Origin: Ostreococcus lucimarinus
Taxonomy: Eukaryota
Length of the DNA: 64,000 nt
Direction: 5' to 3' (one strand)
Assembly (NCBI GenBank): GCA_000092065.1
Contig: CP000591.1
Part shown: positions 10,244 through 18,755 of the stretch, piece by piece
How positions within the stretch are numbered: position 1 is the stretch's first letter
Layout: the number at the start of each line of letters is the position of its first letter
Translations under genes and position numbers: made by a program
The notes under the pieces: generated by a model
Seen by the model: only the letters and a program-made list of their open reading frames with translations
Databases searched by the model: none
Told to the model about the DNA's origin: nothing

Positions 10244-10561
10244 CGCGCGCGCGGCCGCGGTCTGGCGACGGCGCGACGCGGGCGAGGCCGTGTCGACGTG
10301 ATAAATACTCAGATGGCACTCTGAGATACCACGATGCGGCGTGAAATCGTAGCTCTAGACCCTAATCCGCCCCGCGCGCGACGCCCGAATTCGTCCAAGT
10401 TCGCCCCCCGCAGGCGACGCCCGACGCGCCCGTCTCGGAGGCTGACGTGGATGCGGACTCGCGACACTCGACGACGACGACGACGACGACGACGATCGAT
10501 CGATCGCGCCTCTCCGACGACGACGCGAGTGGAGCGCGAACGCGCGTGACGGTAGCGCGGA

Positions 10562-11428
10562 ATGCGCCGTCTGGCGCGAATCAAGACGATCGAACGCGCG
10601 CGCGCGCGCTCGCGCGATTTGGCGTTTCGGGTGCCGCCGTGGACGGTTGGCCTTCTCGGAACGGCGTCGGCGTTCGCGCGCGACGCGACGACGGCGACGA
10701 CGACGACGACGACGAATGTATCGGCGTTGGTGAAGGATGAATCGACGACGCGTGGGTCGCCGTGCCTGTGCCGCGACATCTTGGCGGCGGCGGCAAAGCG
10801 ATGCAAATCGACGCAACACTTTGAGGCTAATCACTTCTGCACGTACGGGGCGCCCGTCATCGGCGACGTACTGAACGCGACGTCGGATAAACACAAGGCG
10901 TTTGGGAAATCGCACTGGATCGATGGCGACGCGCGCGTGTCCGAAGCCGTGCGTCAGATGCATCTCACCGACCTGTCCGCGCTCGTCGTCATGGATACTC
11001 GCGCGCTCGACGTGGACCGTTCGGGCACGATTACTCAAGAGGAATTGGAACTTTCCGCGAGCAACAACGCCATCATCGGCATCTTGACCGAGCGCGATTA
11101 CCTCAACGCGGTCGCGCGAGGTTTCATCTCCGCGTCGACGAAAGTGAGCGAGGTGATGACATCTTTTCGCGACGCTTCAAAGAAAATCGCAAAGCTCGTG
11201 TCGGTGTCGCCCGAAGATTCTGTTCTGGCGGCGATGGAGAGCATGACGAACAATCGCCTGCGTCACATCCCCGTCATCGCGTCTAAAGGCGTGAATCCAA
11301 AAGATCAATCGCCGATCGAACCGCGCGTTCTGGGCGTGGTCAGCATCGGCGAAGTTTTGAAAGCTTTGCTGGCCGAGTCTCGGTCGGAGATTTCCCACCT
11401 CGAGTCGTACATTTTGGGCCTCGAGTGA
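10562..11428 (+). CDS. CBSX3: CBS-domain pair protein, CBSX3-like (mitochondrial type)
   Basis: ATG at 10562. The motifs GILTERDYLNAV, STKVSEVMTS, MTNNRLRHIPVI, VVSIGEVLKALL and LESYILG are collinear with plant CBSX3. An insertion (DVDRSGTITQEELELSASNNA) sits in CBS1. The N-terminus looks like a presequence. Confidence 0.8.
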   Translation: MRRLARIKTIERARARSRDLAFRVPPWTVGLLGTASAFARDATTATTTTTTNVSALVKDESTTRGSPCLCRDILAAAAKRCKSTQHFEANHFCTYGAPVIGDVLNATSDKHKAFGKSHWIDGDARVSEAVRQMHLTDLSALVVMDTRALDVDRSGTITQEELELSASNNAIIGILTERDYLNAVARGFISASTKVSEVMTSFRDASKKIAKLVSVSPEDSVLAAMESMTNNRLRHIPVIASKGVNPKDQSPIEPRVLGVVSIGEVLKALLAESRSEISHLESYILGLE

Positions 11429-11575
11429 GCGCGCACGACGACGAAGACGAAGACGCATGTCCAAAACACGTAAAGGTATGTAAGCACCATCGACGCCAAA
11501 GAGAGCACGCTGTAAGTTTTGTAAGATACGGATAAAAATTCATCACAACGCGAGCGACGTCGAGACGTCGCGTGT

Positions 11576-12229
11576 TTAATCTTTAATCAACATGATGACG
11601 GTGTGGCACGCGATGCTACGGTTCTCCCCCAAAGAATCCACCTTTTCGTGCGTCTTCGCCTTGACGTTCACCACCGCCTCGTGCACGCCCAAAACCTTCG
11701 CCACATTGGCTCGAATATTATCCTTGTGCGGCGAAATCTTCGGTCGCTGCGCGATGAGCGTGCAGTCCAAGTTGCCTATGGAGTACCCTTCCAGTTTCAT
11801 CAACCGCACCGCTTCCTTGACGAACACGTCGCTCGTTTGCCCTTTCCATTTCGGGTCGGTGTCGGGGAACAGCTGTCCGATATCCGGCAATCCGAGCGCA
11901 CCCGTGATGGCGTCCACGACGCAGTGCATCAACACGTCGCCGTCGCTGTGCGCCACGCACCCGCGGTCGTGCGGAATCTCTATCCCACCGATGATCAGTT
12001 TCAGCTCCGGGAACTCCGCCGTGGATTCGAGACGATGTAAATCGAACCCGTGCCCGACGCGGAACGGCAGCACCGGCGCCGCGCCGTCCACCGTCGCCTC
12101 GGCGCGCGCGCGCATCGCGCGTCGCGTCCCGATCGGTCTCGACGCCGACGTCGTCGTCGTCGTCCCCGCGCGCGCCGACCGCGCCGCGCGCGTCGTCGTC
12201 GTCGTCGTCATCATCGCCATCGTCGCCAT
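11576..12229 (-). CDS. ispF: 2-C-methyl-D-erythritol 2,4-cyclodiphosphate synthase (IspF, plastid MEP pathway) with an N-terminal transit peptide
   Basis: ATG at 12229. The sequence FRVGHGFDLHRL...HSDGDVLMHCVVDAITGALGLPDIGQLFP...LDCTLIAQRPKISPH is the IspF/MECDP synthase signature. The N-terminus MATMAMMTTTTTTRAARSARAGTTTTT is transit-peptide-like. Confidence 0.9.
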   Translation of the reverse strand: MATMAMMTTTTTTRAARSARAGTTTTTSASRPIGTRRAMRARAEATVDGAAPVLPFRVGHGFDLHRLESTAEFPELKLIIGGIEIPHDRGCVAHSDGDVLMHCVVDAITGALGLPDIGQLFPDTDPKWKGQTSDVFVKEAVRLMKLEGYSIGNLDCTLIAQRPKISPHKDNIRANVAKVLGVHEAVVNVKAKTHEKVDSLGENRSIACHTVIMLIKD

Positions 12230-12470
12230 CGTCGTCGTAGGTTCGGCGCCGTCGCGGTGCGCCGGCGCGTCGGGGTCGGCGCGGCGCGGCGTCGTTTATC
12301 CGAACGCGTCGCGCGTCTTCGGTTTTTTTTTTTCAACGCCAGAGTCGTATTCGCCGCGATCGACGCGCCACCTTTTTCACGCGCGCGCGCATCATCTCGA
12401 CCCTCGGGGCGCGGGTGCCGCGGATGGCGCGCCATCCGCACGACGACGCGATTCGTTCGCGACGACGACG

Positions 12471-12585
12471 ACGACGAGCGACGAGCGACGAGCGACGAGC
12501 GACCGAGAGAATAGATGGCGATGCGGTGCCTGAGGTGCGCGACGACGGGCAGTGGACGAATCGAATCGAATCGAATCGAATCGAT
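12471..12585. repeat. Intergenic microsatellites, (GACGAGC)n at about 12471-12506 and (CGAAT)5 at about 12556-12585, plus T13 at 12319-12331
   Basis: Direct tandem repeats are visible in the GC-rich IspF to thioredoxin spacer. Confidence 0.8.
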
Positions 12586-12823
12586 CGCCGCGCGTCGAGT
12601 CGATCGAGCGATCGAAACGACGATGAGACGACCCTCGCGAGACGACGCGACGGCGACGGTCGCGCGCGTGGACGCGCGACGGGCCGCGATCGATGGATGA
12701 AGACGCGGACGCGAGGACTGACCCGGAAACCGCCGCGTTCGCGCGCGCAGCTCCAAGACGACGACGCCGACGACGGCGTTCGCGGCGCGACGCCGACAAA
12801 CGACGGCGAAACGACAACTCCGC

Positions 12824-13195
12824 GTGCGCGCGGGTGAGGGCGAGACGGACGGTAACGTCAAGTTTGCCAATAATAAACCCGAGTTTGAAGCCGTGAGCGC
12901 CGCGGCTGGGAGCGGGTTGGTGGCGGTGCAAATCTCCACGAAGACGTGCGGGCCGTGCAAGATGATTTACCCAACCTTCGTCGGGCTTTCGCAAGAGTTA
13001 CCAAAGGTGACGTTCGTGAAGATCATGGGCGACACTGATTTGGAGTCGCGGGCTTTGATGAAGGAGTGGGGCGTGCGTGTGGTGCCGCTGTTCCTGCTCT
13101 TCCGCAACGGCGAGCGCGTGGGCGAGTGGAGCGGCGCGAAGGCGGACATTTTGAAAGAAAATGTCCGCGCCGCGTGCAACGCGGACGAAAAGTAA
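12824..13195 (+). CDS. Thioredoxin-fold protein with an atypical TCGPC active site; the 5' end is unresolved (no in-frame ATG, so probably an upstream exon)
   Basis: LVAVQISTKTCGPCKMIYPTF...VTFVKIMGDTD...GVRVVPLFLLFRNGERVGEW matches the thioredoxin fold, including the cis-Pro. The frame is open back to a TGA at 12719-12721 with no ATG. The first ATG in the ORF is in MIYP, after the active site. Confidence 0.6.
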   Translation: MRAGEGETDGNVKFANNKPEFEAVSAAAGSGLVAVQISTKTCGPCKMIYPTFVGLSQELPKVTFVKIMGDTDLESRALMKEWGVRVVPLFLLFRNGERVGEWSGAKADILKENVRAACNADEK

Positions 13196-13290
13196 TCAAT
13201 CGTATGTAGTATGACCCCTTTATTACGAGTAGTACGTTGTAATGATCGATTACACGGTATAATTACTATTAAATGACCTCAACAAAGAAT
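13196..13290. promoter_or_regulatory. AT-rich convergent 3' intergenic island between the thioredoxin (+) and hisHF (-) genes, carrying TGTAA (+) and TTACA (i.e. TGTAA on the - strand), the green-algal-type poly(A) signal
   Basis: ACGTTGTAATGAT and GATTACACGG are visible. Similar islands lie at 11429-11575, 30040-30154 and 52657-52753. Confidence 0.45.
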
Positions 13291-15063
13291 CTACGCGCGC
13301 GTCGGCAACCCGTTCGAAGTCATGTGCGCCTTGACTTCGCTCACCAAGACCTCTTCGCGATGAAATATACCGGCTGCGAGCGCGGCCGAACACTTGGTGA
13401 CGTTGAAAACGTTGGTGAAGTGTTCGGGGCATCCCGCACCGGACGAGGCGATGACGGGAATGCCCACCGCGTCCGACACCAGGTTTACGAGCTCGTGATC
13501 GAAGCCGTTTCCTTGGCCGTCCTCGTCGATGCAGTTCAAAAGAATCTCTCCCGCACCGAGAGCCTCCATGGCGATGGCGAGCTCATACGCACCGATATCG
13601 CGACCTTCGCGTCCACCCTTCACGGTGCACTGGAACCACACATACTTTTCTCCGTTCGGGCCCGGGCGAGACGTTTCCACGCACTTGTTCTTCGTCATCG
13701 ATGGATCGGCGACGTATTGCCGGCGCGGGTCAATCGAAATCACCACCGCTTGCACACCGTAACGCTCGGAGATTTGTTCTACGCTCGTCTTGCCCGTGTT
13801 CACCTTGCCAGATGCGTACCAATCTTCGGCGACGTACACGGCATCGCTTCCGATCGACACCTTGTCGGCGCCGCTCGCAAAGTACGCGCTCGCCACCTCG
13901 AGCGCGGTGTACGACTTGCCGTTGCTATCGGTGAAGTCACGAATGCCCCCACCAACCGTGAGCGGCACGAATACGGTTTCACTCGAGCGACGAAGGACCT
14001 CTAGCATGGGTGCATCCGTGAGTGGCAAGTCTCTGTAGCCCGTGATGTTAAGGAACGCGACTTCGTCCGCGCCTTGCTTGAAATATTTGCCCGCTAATTC
14101 AACCGGCTTGCCTAAGTTTCTCACGTCACCACCTTCATCCTTCTCGCGTACGTCGTACGAGTCACCCTTCGTCACTACCAAGTCTCCGCTATCGTTCGAG
14201 CGTACGTCTAGGCACGCGATAACGCGCCTCGCTAAACCGTTTGTCACGCTCGGCGCCGTGCCGAATTGCCCCGTCGGCTTGGCGTCCTCCAGAAAGCGCT
14301 GAAACACCCCCAAACCAGTGGCGCCAGACTTTTCCGGGTGAAACTGACACGCCATGACGTTTCCCTTCTGCACGCTCGCGATGAATTCTCCGCCGTAATC
14401 GCACGTCGCGAGCACCCAATCCTTGTTTGCCTCCGTCGGCGTCGCCCTGTACGAGTGCACAAAGTACACGCGCTCGCTCTCCATGCCGTCCATCAACCCG
14501 CTCGACTTTTTCGTGTTCGTGAGGTTCCACCCGATGTGAGGCACAATCAGCCCCTCACCGCGAAATTTATCGACGCTCCCCGGAATCAGTCCCAAGCCCT
14601 CGACCCCCCCGCTCTCTTCGCTTCCGTCGAATAAAAGTTGCAAACCGAGGCACACGCCCAAGAATGGCTTATCCGCTCTCACGTACTCGCGCAACGGCTC
14701 GATCAACCCGCGCTCGCGCAAGATATCCATCGCACTTCCATACGCCCCCACGCCCGGGAAGATCAACTTCTTCGCTTCGCTCAAATCTTTCGGCGTCTTG
14801 ACGTCTCGCACCTCAAACCCGAGCGCCGTCACCGCGTTTCTCACCGATCGCACGTTCCCGGCGCCGTAATCGAGCAAGTACACCGGTTCTTTCGCCGCAT
14901 TCGTCGCGTGCGTCGCATTCGCGCGTCCTCGTCCCCGTCGCACCGGCGATCGCGTCACCGCACGACGCGTCACCGCGCATCCATCGCCGCGCGCGCGCGC
15001 CGCAAGTCGAAGACCTCGCGCGCGCGCGGTGCGCGCGGGCGACGCCACCGGCGCGGCGCGCAT
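13291..15063 (-). CDS. hisHF: Bifunctional imidazole glycerol phosphate synthase HisH-HisF (glutamine amidotransferase plus cyclase), with a transit-peptide-like N-terminus
   Basis: ATG at 15063. The GATase block VYLLDYGAGNVRSVRNAV...GVCLGLQLLF...HSY is followed by the HisF barrel (VIACLDVR...PLTVGGGIRD...SIGSDAV...VISIDPRR). This is the fused eukaryotic HIS7 type. Confidence 0.9.
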   Translation of the reverse strand: MRAAPVASPARTARARGLRLAARARGDGCAVTRRAVTRSPVRRGRGRANATHATNAAKEPVYLLDYGAGNVRSVRNAVTALGFEVRDVKTPKDLSEAKKLIFPGVGAYGSAMDILRERGLIEPLREYVRADKPFLGVCLGLQLLFDGSEESGGVEGLGLIPGSVDKFRGEGLIVPHIGWNLTNTKKSSGLMDGMESERVYFVHSYRATPTEANKDWVLATCDYGGEFIASVQKGNVMACQFHPEKSGATGLGVFQRFLEDAKPTGQFGTAPSVTNGLARRVIACLDVRSNDSGDLVVTKGDSYDVREKDEGGDVRNLGKPVELAGKYFKQGADEVAFLNITGYRDLPLTDAPMLEVLRRSSETVFVPLTVGGGIRDFTDSNGKSYTALEVASAYFASGADKVSIGSDAVYVAEDWYASGKVNTGKTSVEQISERYGVQAVVISIDPRRQYVADPSMTKNKCVETSRPGPNGEKYVWFQCTVKGGREGRDIGAYELAIAMEALGAGEILLNCIDEDGQGNGFDHELVNLVSDAVGIPVIASSGAGCPEHFTNVFNVTKCSAALAAGIFHREEVLVSEVKAHMTSNGLPTRA

Positions 15064-15244
15064 GACGACGGGGCTCTTCGGACGTGAAAGAGCGCGAGGT
15101 CTTCGCGCCGCCGTCGCGTCCTCGCGCGCGCCGTTCGAGCGCGCGTCGGTGCGGGCGACGGGAAACGACGGGAAATGACGCCACCGCGCGAGGGCTACGG
15201 AGTCGTGTTTTCATGACACGCGCGAGACTACGGGCGTCGGCGAT

Positions 15245-15838
15245 TCAGGCGCCGCCTCGCTTTGATTGCGCGGCGAGGCGAGCGTCGCGCTCGAGCTCGT
15301 ACTCGCGGTAGTCTGCCTGCTGTAAGAAGTCCTGGTGCTCGCGGTACGTGCGACCGCCGCGCTGATGGTGCTGTAAATCTTCCTGAAGCTCGACGTCCAC
15401 GTCCTTGACGCCGCGCCAGTCGGCTTTGGTCTTGTCCAACACGTTTAACTTTTTAGGCTCCATGAGTTCGGCTAAGACGGCGTCGAGGCCGCCCTTCGCG
15501 AGCATTTCGACGCGCTTCGAGCGCGCCTTGGCCTCTTTGCTCCCCTCCACGATCTCGGTCTCGACCTCCACCATCTTACCCGCGAAATTTCTCGTCTCGG
15601 TGAATCTGGCGTTTTGCTCGGCGCGCAAACGCGTGGCTTCGCTCGCGAGCTTCAGCGCCTCTTTCGCCGCCTCGCGCAGGCGCACCGATCGCTCGTCCGT
15701 TTTAACCTTCCCCACGCCCCCGCTCGCTTTCTTCCCCGTCGTCGACTTTGCCCGTTTCCCTCCTCGTTTCGTCGCTCGCGTCTCCTCCGCCTCGTCGTCG
15801 CTCGCGCTCGTCGTCGCCCTCCGCGTCCACGGGTCCAT
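15245..15838 (-). CDS. SWC5: BCNT-C domain protein (SWC5/CFDP1-like chromatin remodelling subunit); the start may extend to the ATG at 16111
   Basis: The C-terminus LDKTKADWRGVKDVDVELQEDLQHHQRGGRTYREHQDFLQQADYREYELERDARLA matches the Bucentaur C-terminal domain, and an acidic DDEAEE stretch lies upstream. ATGs at 15838 and 16111 were both verified. Confidence 0.55.
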   Translation of the reverse strand: MDPWTRRATTSASDDEAEETRATKRGGKRAKSTTGKKASGGVGKVKTDERSVRLREAAKEALKLASEATRLRAEQNARFTETRNFAGKMVEVETEIVEGSKEAKARSKRVEMLAKGGLDAVLAELMEPKKLNVLDKTKADWRGVKDVDVELQEDLQHHQRGGRTYREHQDFLQQADYREYELERDARLAAQSKRGGA

Positions 15839-16158
15839 CCTCGCTTCGCGTCTTCGCGCGATCTCTGCTTCGCACGGCATCACCGCGAGCGCCTTGAGCA
15901 CCGTCACCGCGTCCCTCGCGCGCGCCGTCGTCCCCGTCCCCGTCCCCGTCCCGCGCGCGCCGTCGTCCCCGTCGCGCGCGCCCATCGCTCGCCAAAGTTT
16001 CATCACTCGCGCGTTCTCGCTCGCCGGACGCAGCGGGCGCGCGTCGTACGTCGCGCACGGCTCCTCCCCGGGCCGCGCCACGACCTCGTTCGCGAGCTTG
16101 CGCGCGTACATGGCGCGCGTCGGCGAGTGCGAGCGCGCGCGACCGCACTCGTCCACGC

Positions 16159-17616
16159 ATGGCGACGCGCGCGAAGCGAAGGAAACCGACGAGCGACGCG
16201 CGCGCGCTGCGCGCGGGACGCGCGATGGACGAACGCTCGCCACGTCGCGCGCGGCGAGCCGACGACGCCGGCGACGATGGCGACGGCGACGGCGCCGACG
16301 ACGCGCGGGACGACGCGCGCGCGCGCGCGCGGGACGACGCGGCGACGCGCGCGGCGACGACGCGAGATGGCGCGCGCGTCGGGAACGCCCTCGACGCCGT
16401 GATCGAACGAAACGATTTGTTCGCGCACCCACCGTCGATCACGCGCGATTATCGCGTGGACGAGGCGTTGAAGTTGAGGTACTGCGCGCCGTACGACTTT
16501 GACTTTGTGTGCGGCGTCAAGGCGCGGTGGGCGGGACGGAGGCTGTGCGATTTATTCGCGAGTGAGTTTCCGATGCGACCGAAAGAGTATTACGTGAAAG
16601 CACACGCGATGGGACGGTTGTGCGTGGAGGCGAACGGGTGCGCGCGGACGAACGGGGAGGAGACGACGACGAAGACGACGAACGAGGCGCGAGAACACGA
16701 AGACGGGCCGATGCTCGCCGGAGGAAACCGCGTGCGACACTTCATACACAGGCATGAACCTCCCGTGATGGCGGATGAAGTGCGCGTGTTGACTGTCAAT
16801 GATGACGTCGTATCGGTGTGGAAACCGGCGACGGTGCCCGTACACCCCACGGGGCAATACAGGCGAAACACGGTGCTCGCTTTGCTGGCGGCGTCGCGTA
16901 GGGATTTGGGACGGTTATTTCCCATTCACAGGCTCGATAAGAACGTGTCGGGGTTACTCTTGCTTGCACGTTCGTCAGAAGCCGCGAATGAGATGCGAGT
17001 GAAGATGGAGGCGCGAGAGATGCGGAAGGAGTACGTCGCGCGCGTGCGAGGAGCGTTCAACGACGGTGACGCGACGCCGGTGTCAAACGTAGAGAGTTTA
17101 GGATTCGATAGCAAAGGCCGTGTGGCGATTTGGCGCGGAAAAAAAGGTGTCACCGATCTCGACGAGCGGACTTTGAAGTCATTCAAGGATGCGTCTACGA
17201 AATTTACGTGTATTAAGACGCTCGTTGACGGGACTTCGCTCGTGCGATGCGAACCCTTCACCGGACGCTCGCATCAAATACGAGCGCACTTAGCCATGCT
17301 CGGGTATCCAATCGCAAATGATGTCGCGTATGGGGGTGCATTGGTCGAAGTTGAGCGCGCTCGAGCGATTCAGCACGCGTGCGACGTCACCGTGCTGAAC
17401 GAAGCGGGCGAATTAGTCAAAGACGAGTCGCTCGCCATCGATTACTCCGCTCCCCGCAAGAGCCGGGAGCAGAGCTCCGATTTGTGTCCACACTGCCCGA
17501 GAATCGTGCACGCTGGAGACCAGGCAATCGACCTAGAGGCGATATGGTTACACTGCGTGCGATATAGCGGCGAAGGGTGGGAGTTTGAGTGTCCGATGCC
17601 AGACTGGGCTTTGTAG
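16159..17616 (+). CDS. RluA-family pseudouridine synthase (RPUSD2-like)
   Basis: The catalytic motif HRLDKNVSGLLLLARS and the segment TGRSHQIRAHLAMLGYPIANDVAYGG are present. ATG at 16159; the N-terminus is low-complexity and the true start may lie later. Confidence 0.82.
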   Translation: MATRAKRRKPTSDARALRAGRAMDERSPRRARRADDAGDDGDGDGADDARDDARARARDDAATRAATTRDGARVGNALDAVIERNDLFAHPPSITRDYRVDEALKLRYCAPYDFDFVCGVKARWAGRRLCDLFASEFPMRPKEYYVKAHAMGRLCVEANGCARTNGEETTTKTTNEAREHEDGPMLAGGNRVRHFIHRHEPPVMADEVRVLTVNDDVVSVWKPATVPVHPTGQYRRNTVLALLAASRRDLGRLFPIHRLDKNVSGLLLLARSSEAANEMRVKMEAREMRKEYVARVRGAFNDGDATPVSNVESLGFDSKGRVAIWRGKKGVTDLDERTLKSFKDASTKFTCIKTLVDGTSLVRCEPFTGRSHQIRAHLAMLGYPIANDVAYGGALVEVERARAIQHACDVTVLNEAGELVKDESLAIDYSAPRKSREQSSDLCPHCPRIVHAGDQAIDLEAIWLHCVRYSGEGWEFECPMPDWAL

Positions 17617-17633
17617 TATTATTGTGCTTTTAG

Positions 17634-18644
17634 CTAACATTTGCGCGCTGACCACGGCTCGATGCCGAGCTGCTTCAACACCGAGTTCGGCAACGCAAAC
17701 ACAGGATCAATAGGTTCCACTACAGCGGGATGTCCCATCAAGCTCAAACCGGCGATGCCGAAAAAAGTGTGATAGACGTCTGGCTCGTCGTCTGGCCTGT
17801 CGGAAATCCCTCCCGAAGTTTCGTCTTGGCATCGCAAAATGAAACGTGCCAACGCCCCACGATCAATCCAGTGAGTCTTACCCAGTATGCTCAACGCACT
17901 TAGCACCCACCACGAGTAACAAACGTCCGGGAGCTTCTCTGGGCGCCCGTTCAGCCCACCAACCTTCACTTGTCGCTCCGCGAGCCACCAGCCCAGCAAA
18001 TCGCCGTCGACGTAGTCTAATCTATTCCCAATCGCCAGCGCCCCTACGCACGTGAACACCTGACCGGCGTGTGACTCGCCTCCCGGCGTAGCACCGAAAC
18101 CACCGTCGAAATTCTTACACTTGTTGATGTACGCGCACGCGGCTTCGACGTCCACCTCGTGCAGACGGTCGAGCAAACGCAAAGTGCTCAACGCGCAATA
18201 CGTAAATCTCGTGTCCACCTCCCCCCACTCGTCCCCTTGAAACGAGCCATCCGCCAACTGCAGTCCCTTGACGTAATTCACCACCGAATCGCGATCGATT
18301 CGATCCATCGCGTCGAACAACGCGTAAATTTGGACCGCGCTGAGTGTGTACAACACGTGCCCGTCGTGCCCAGCACCTCCGCTATACGCCCCCGATTCGC
18401 ATCGACAGCTCGCGACGTAACTTAAAATCTCTTCCCGTTTGTCCGCATCCATCGTTTTGCGCAGATTTCCCATCGTCGCCAACGCACAGACGCCCCAATA
18501 GATGCCCGACAATCGCAAGTGTTCGGTGAAGGCGTGTTCGAGCGTGTCCTCGCTCGCGCTCGCGTTGACGATGAACGATGCGTGCGCGTCCACGGCGAGC
18601 GATTCGAAGGCGATCGTCGTAACCTCATCGGCGAGGGATGACAT
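17634..18644 (-). CDS. Protein prenyltransferase beta subunit, most like Rab geranylgeranyltransferase beta
   Basis: ATG at 18644. Prenyltransferase alpha-alpha toroid repeats are repeated ([62 protein letters not shown]). The length of 336 aa fits RabGGT-beta. Confidence 0.78.
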   Translation of the reverse strand: MSSLADEVTTIAFESLAVDAHASFIVNASASEDTLEHAFTEHLRLSGIYWGVCALATMGNLRKTMDADKREEILSYVASCRCESGAYSGGAGHDGHVLYTLSAVQIYALFDAMDRIDRDSVVNYVKGLQLADGSFQGDEWGEVDTRFTYCALSTLRLLDRLHEVDVEAACAYINKCKNFDGGFGATPGGESHAGQVFTCVGALAIGNRLDYVDGDLLGWWLAERQVKVGGLNGRPEKLPDVCYSWWVLSALSILGKTHWIDRGALARFILRCQDETSGGISDRPDDEPDVYHTFFGIAGLSLMGHPAVVEPIDPVFALPNSVLKQLGIEPWSARKC

Positions 18645-18755
18645 CGTTCCGTAGGCGGAATTTCGTGTGCGTCGCCGAGATGTGTGGATGCAAAGTTAGA
18701 GGACGCAAAGAGTGTGCGTTGGAGGTTGCAAAGAAACAAGTTACAAACGCCCTTC

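Noticed and set aside
9950-11038. Arg-, Asp- or Thr-rich ORFs in both strands around 9950-11038 (for example 10355-11038 minus, 9950-10324 plus, 9957-10319 minus)
   Set aside because: This is GC-rich promoter and transit-peptide region with CGN/GAC repeats. It yields open frames in all six frames. No domain-like sequence is present, and the ORFs overlap the well-supported FZL and CBSX3 genes.
11592-12533. Plus-strand 313-aa ORF antisense to IspF, and ORFs 13273-14004 (+), 51757-52641 (-), 53505-53887 (+) and 62214-63377 (+) antisense to hisHF, PTH2, PRP8 and phosphorylase
   Set aside because: The opposite strand carries a clearly conserved protein in each case. The antisense translations have no recognisable motifs.
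12834-12859. Possible 26-bp intron (GTGAGG ... gtaacgtcaag) upstream of the thioredoxin exon
   Set aside because: It is too short for a spliceosomal intron, and the frames do not obviously join. It is kept only as a pointer inside the thioredoxin finding, not as a feature.
15614-16442. ORFs 15614-16402 (+), 15702-16442 (-) and 16003-16428 (-) overlapping the BCNT/SWC5 gene, and Arg-rich ORFs 30320-31294 (+), 30856-32244 (-), 30966-32150 (-), 50186-50824 (-), 50373-50888 (+), 59568-60644 (+) and 59718-60485 (-)
   Set aside because: These are low-complexity poly-Arg/Ala translations typical of wrong-frame reading of GC-rich sequence. They overlap better-supported genes or divergent promoter regions.
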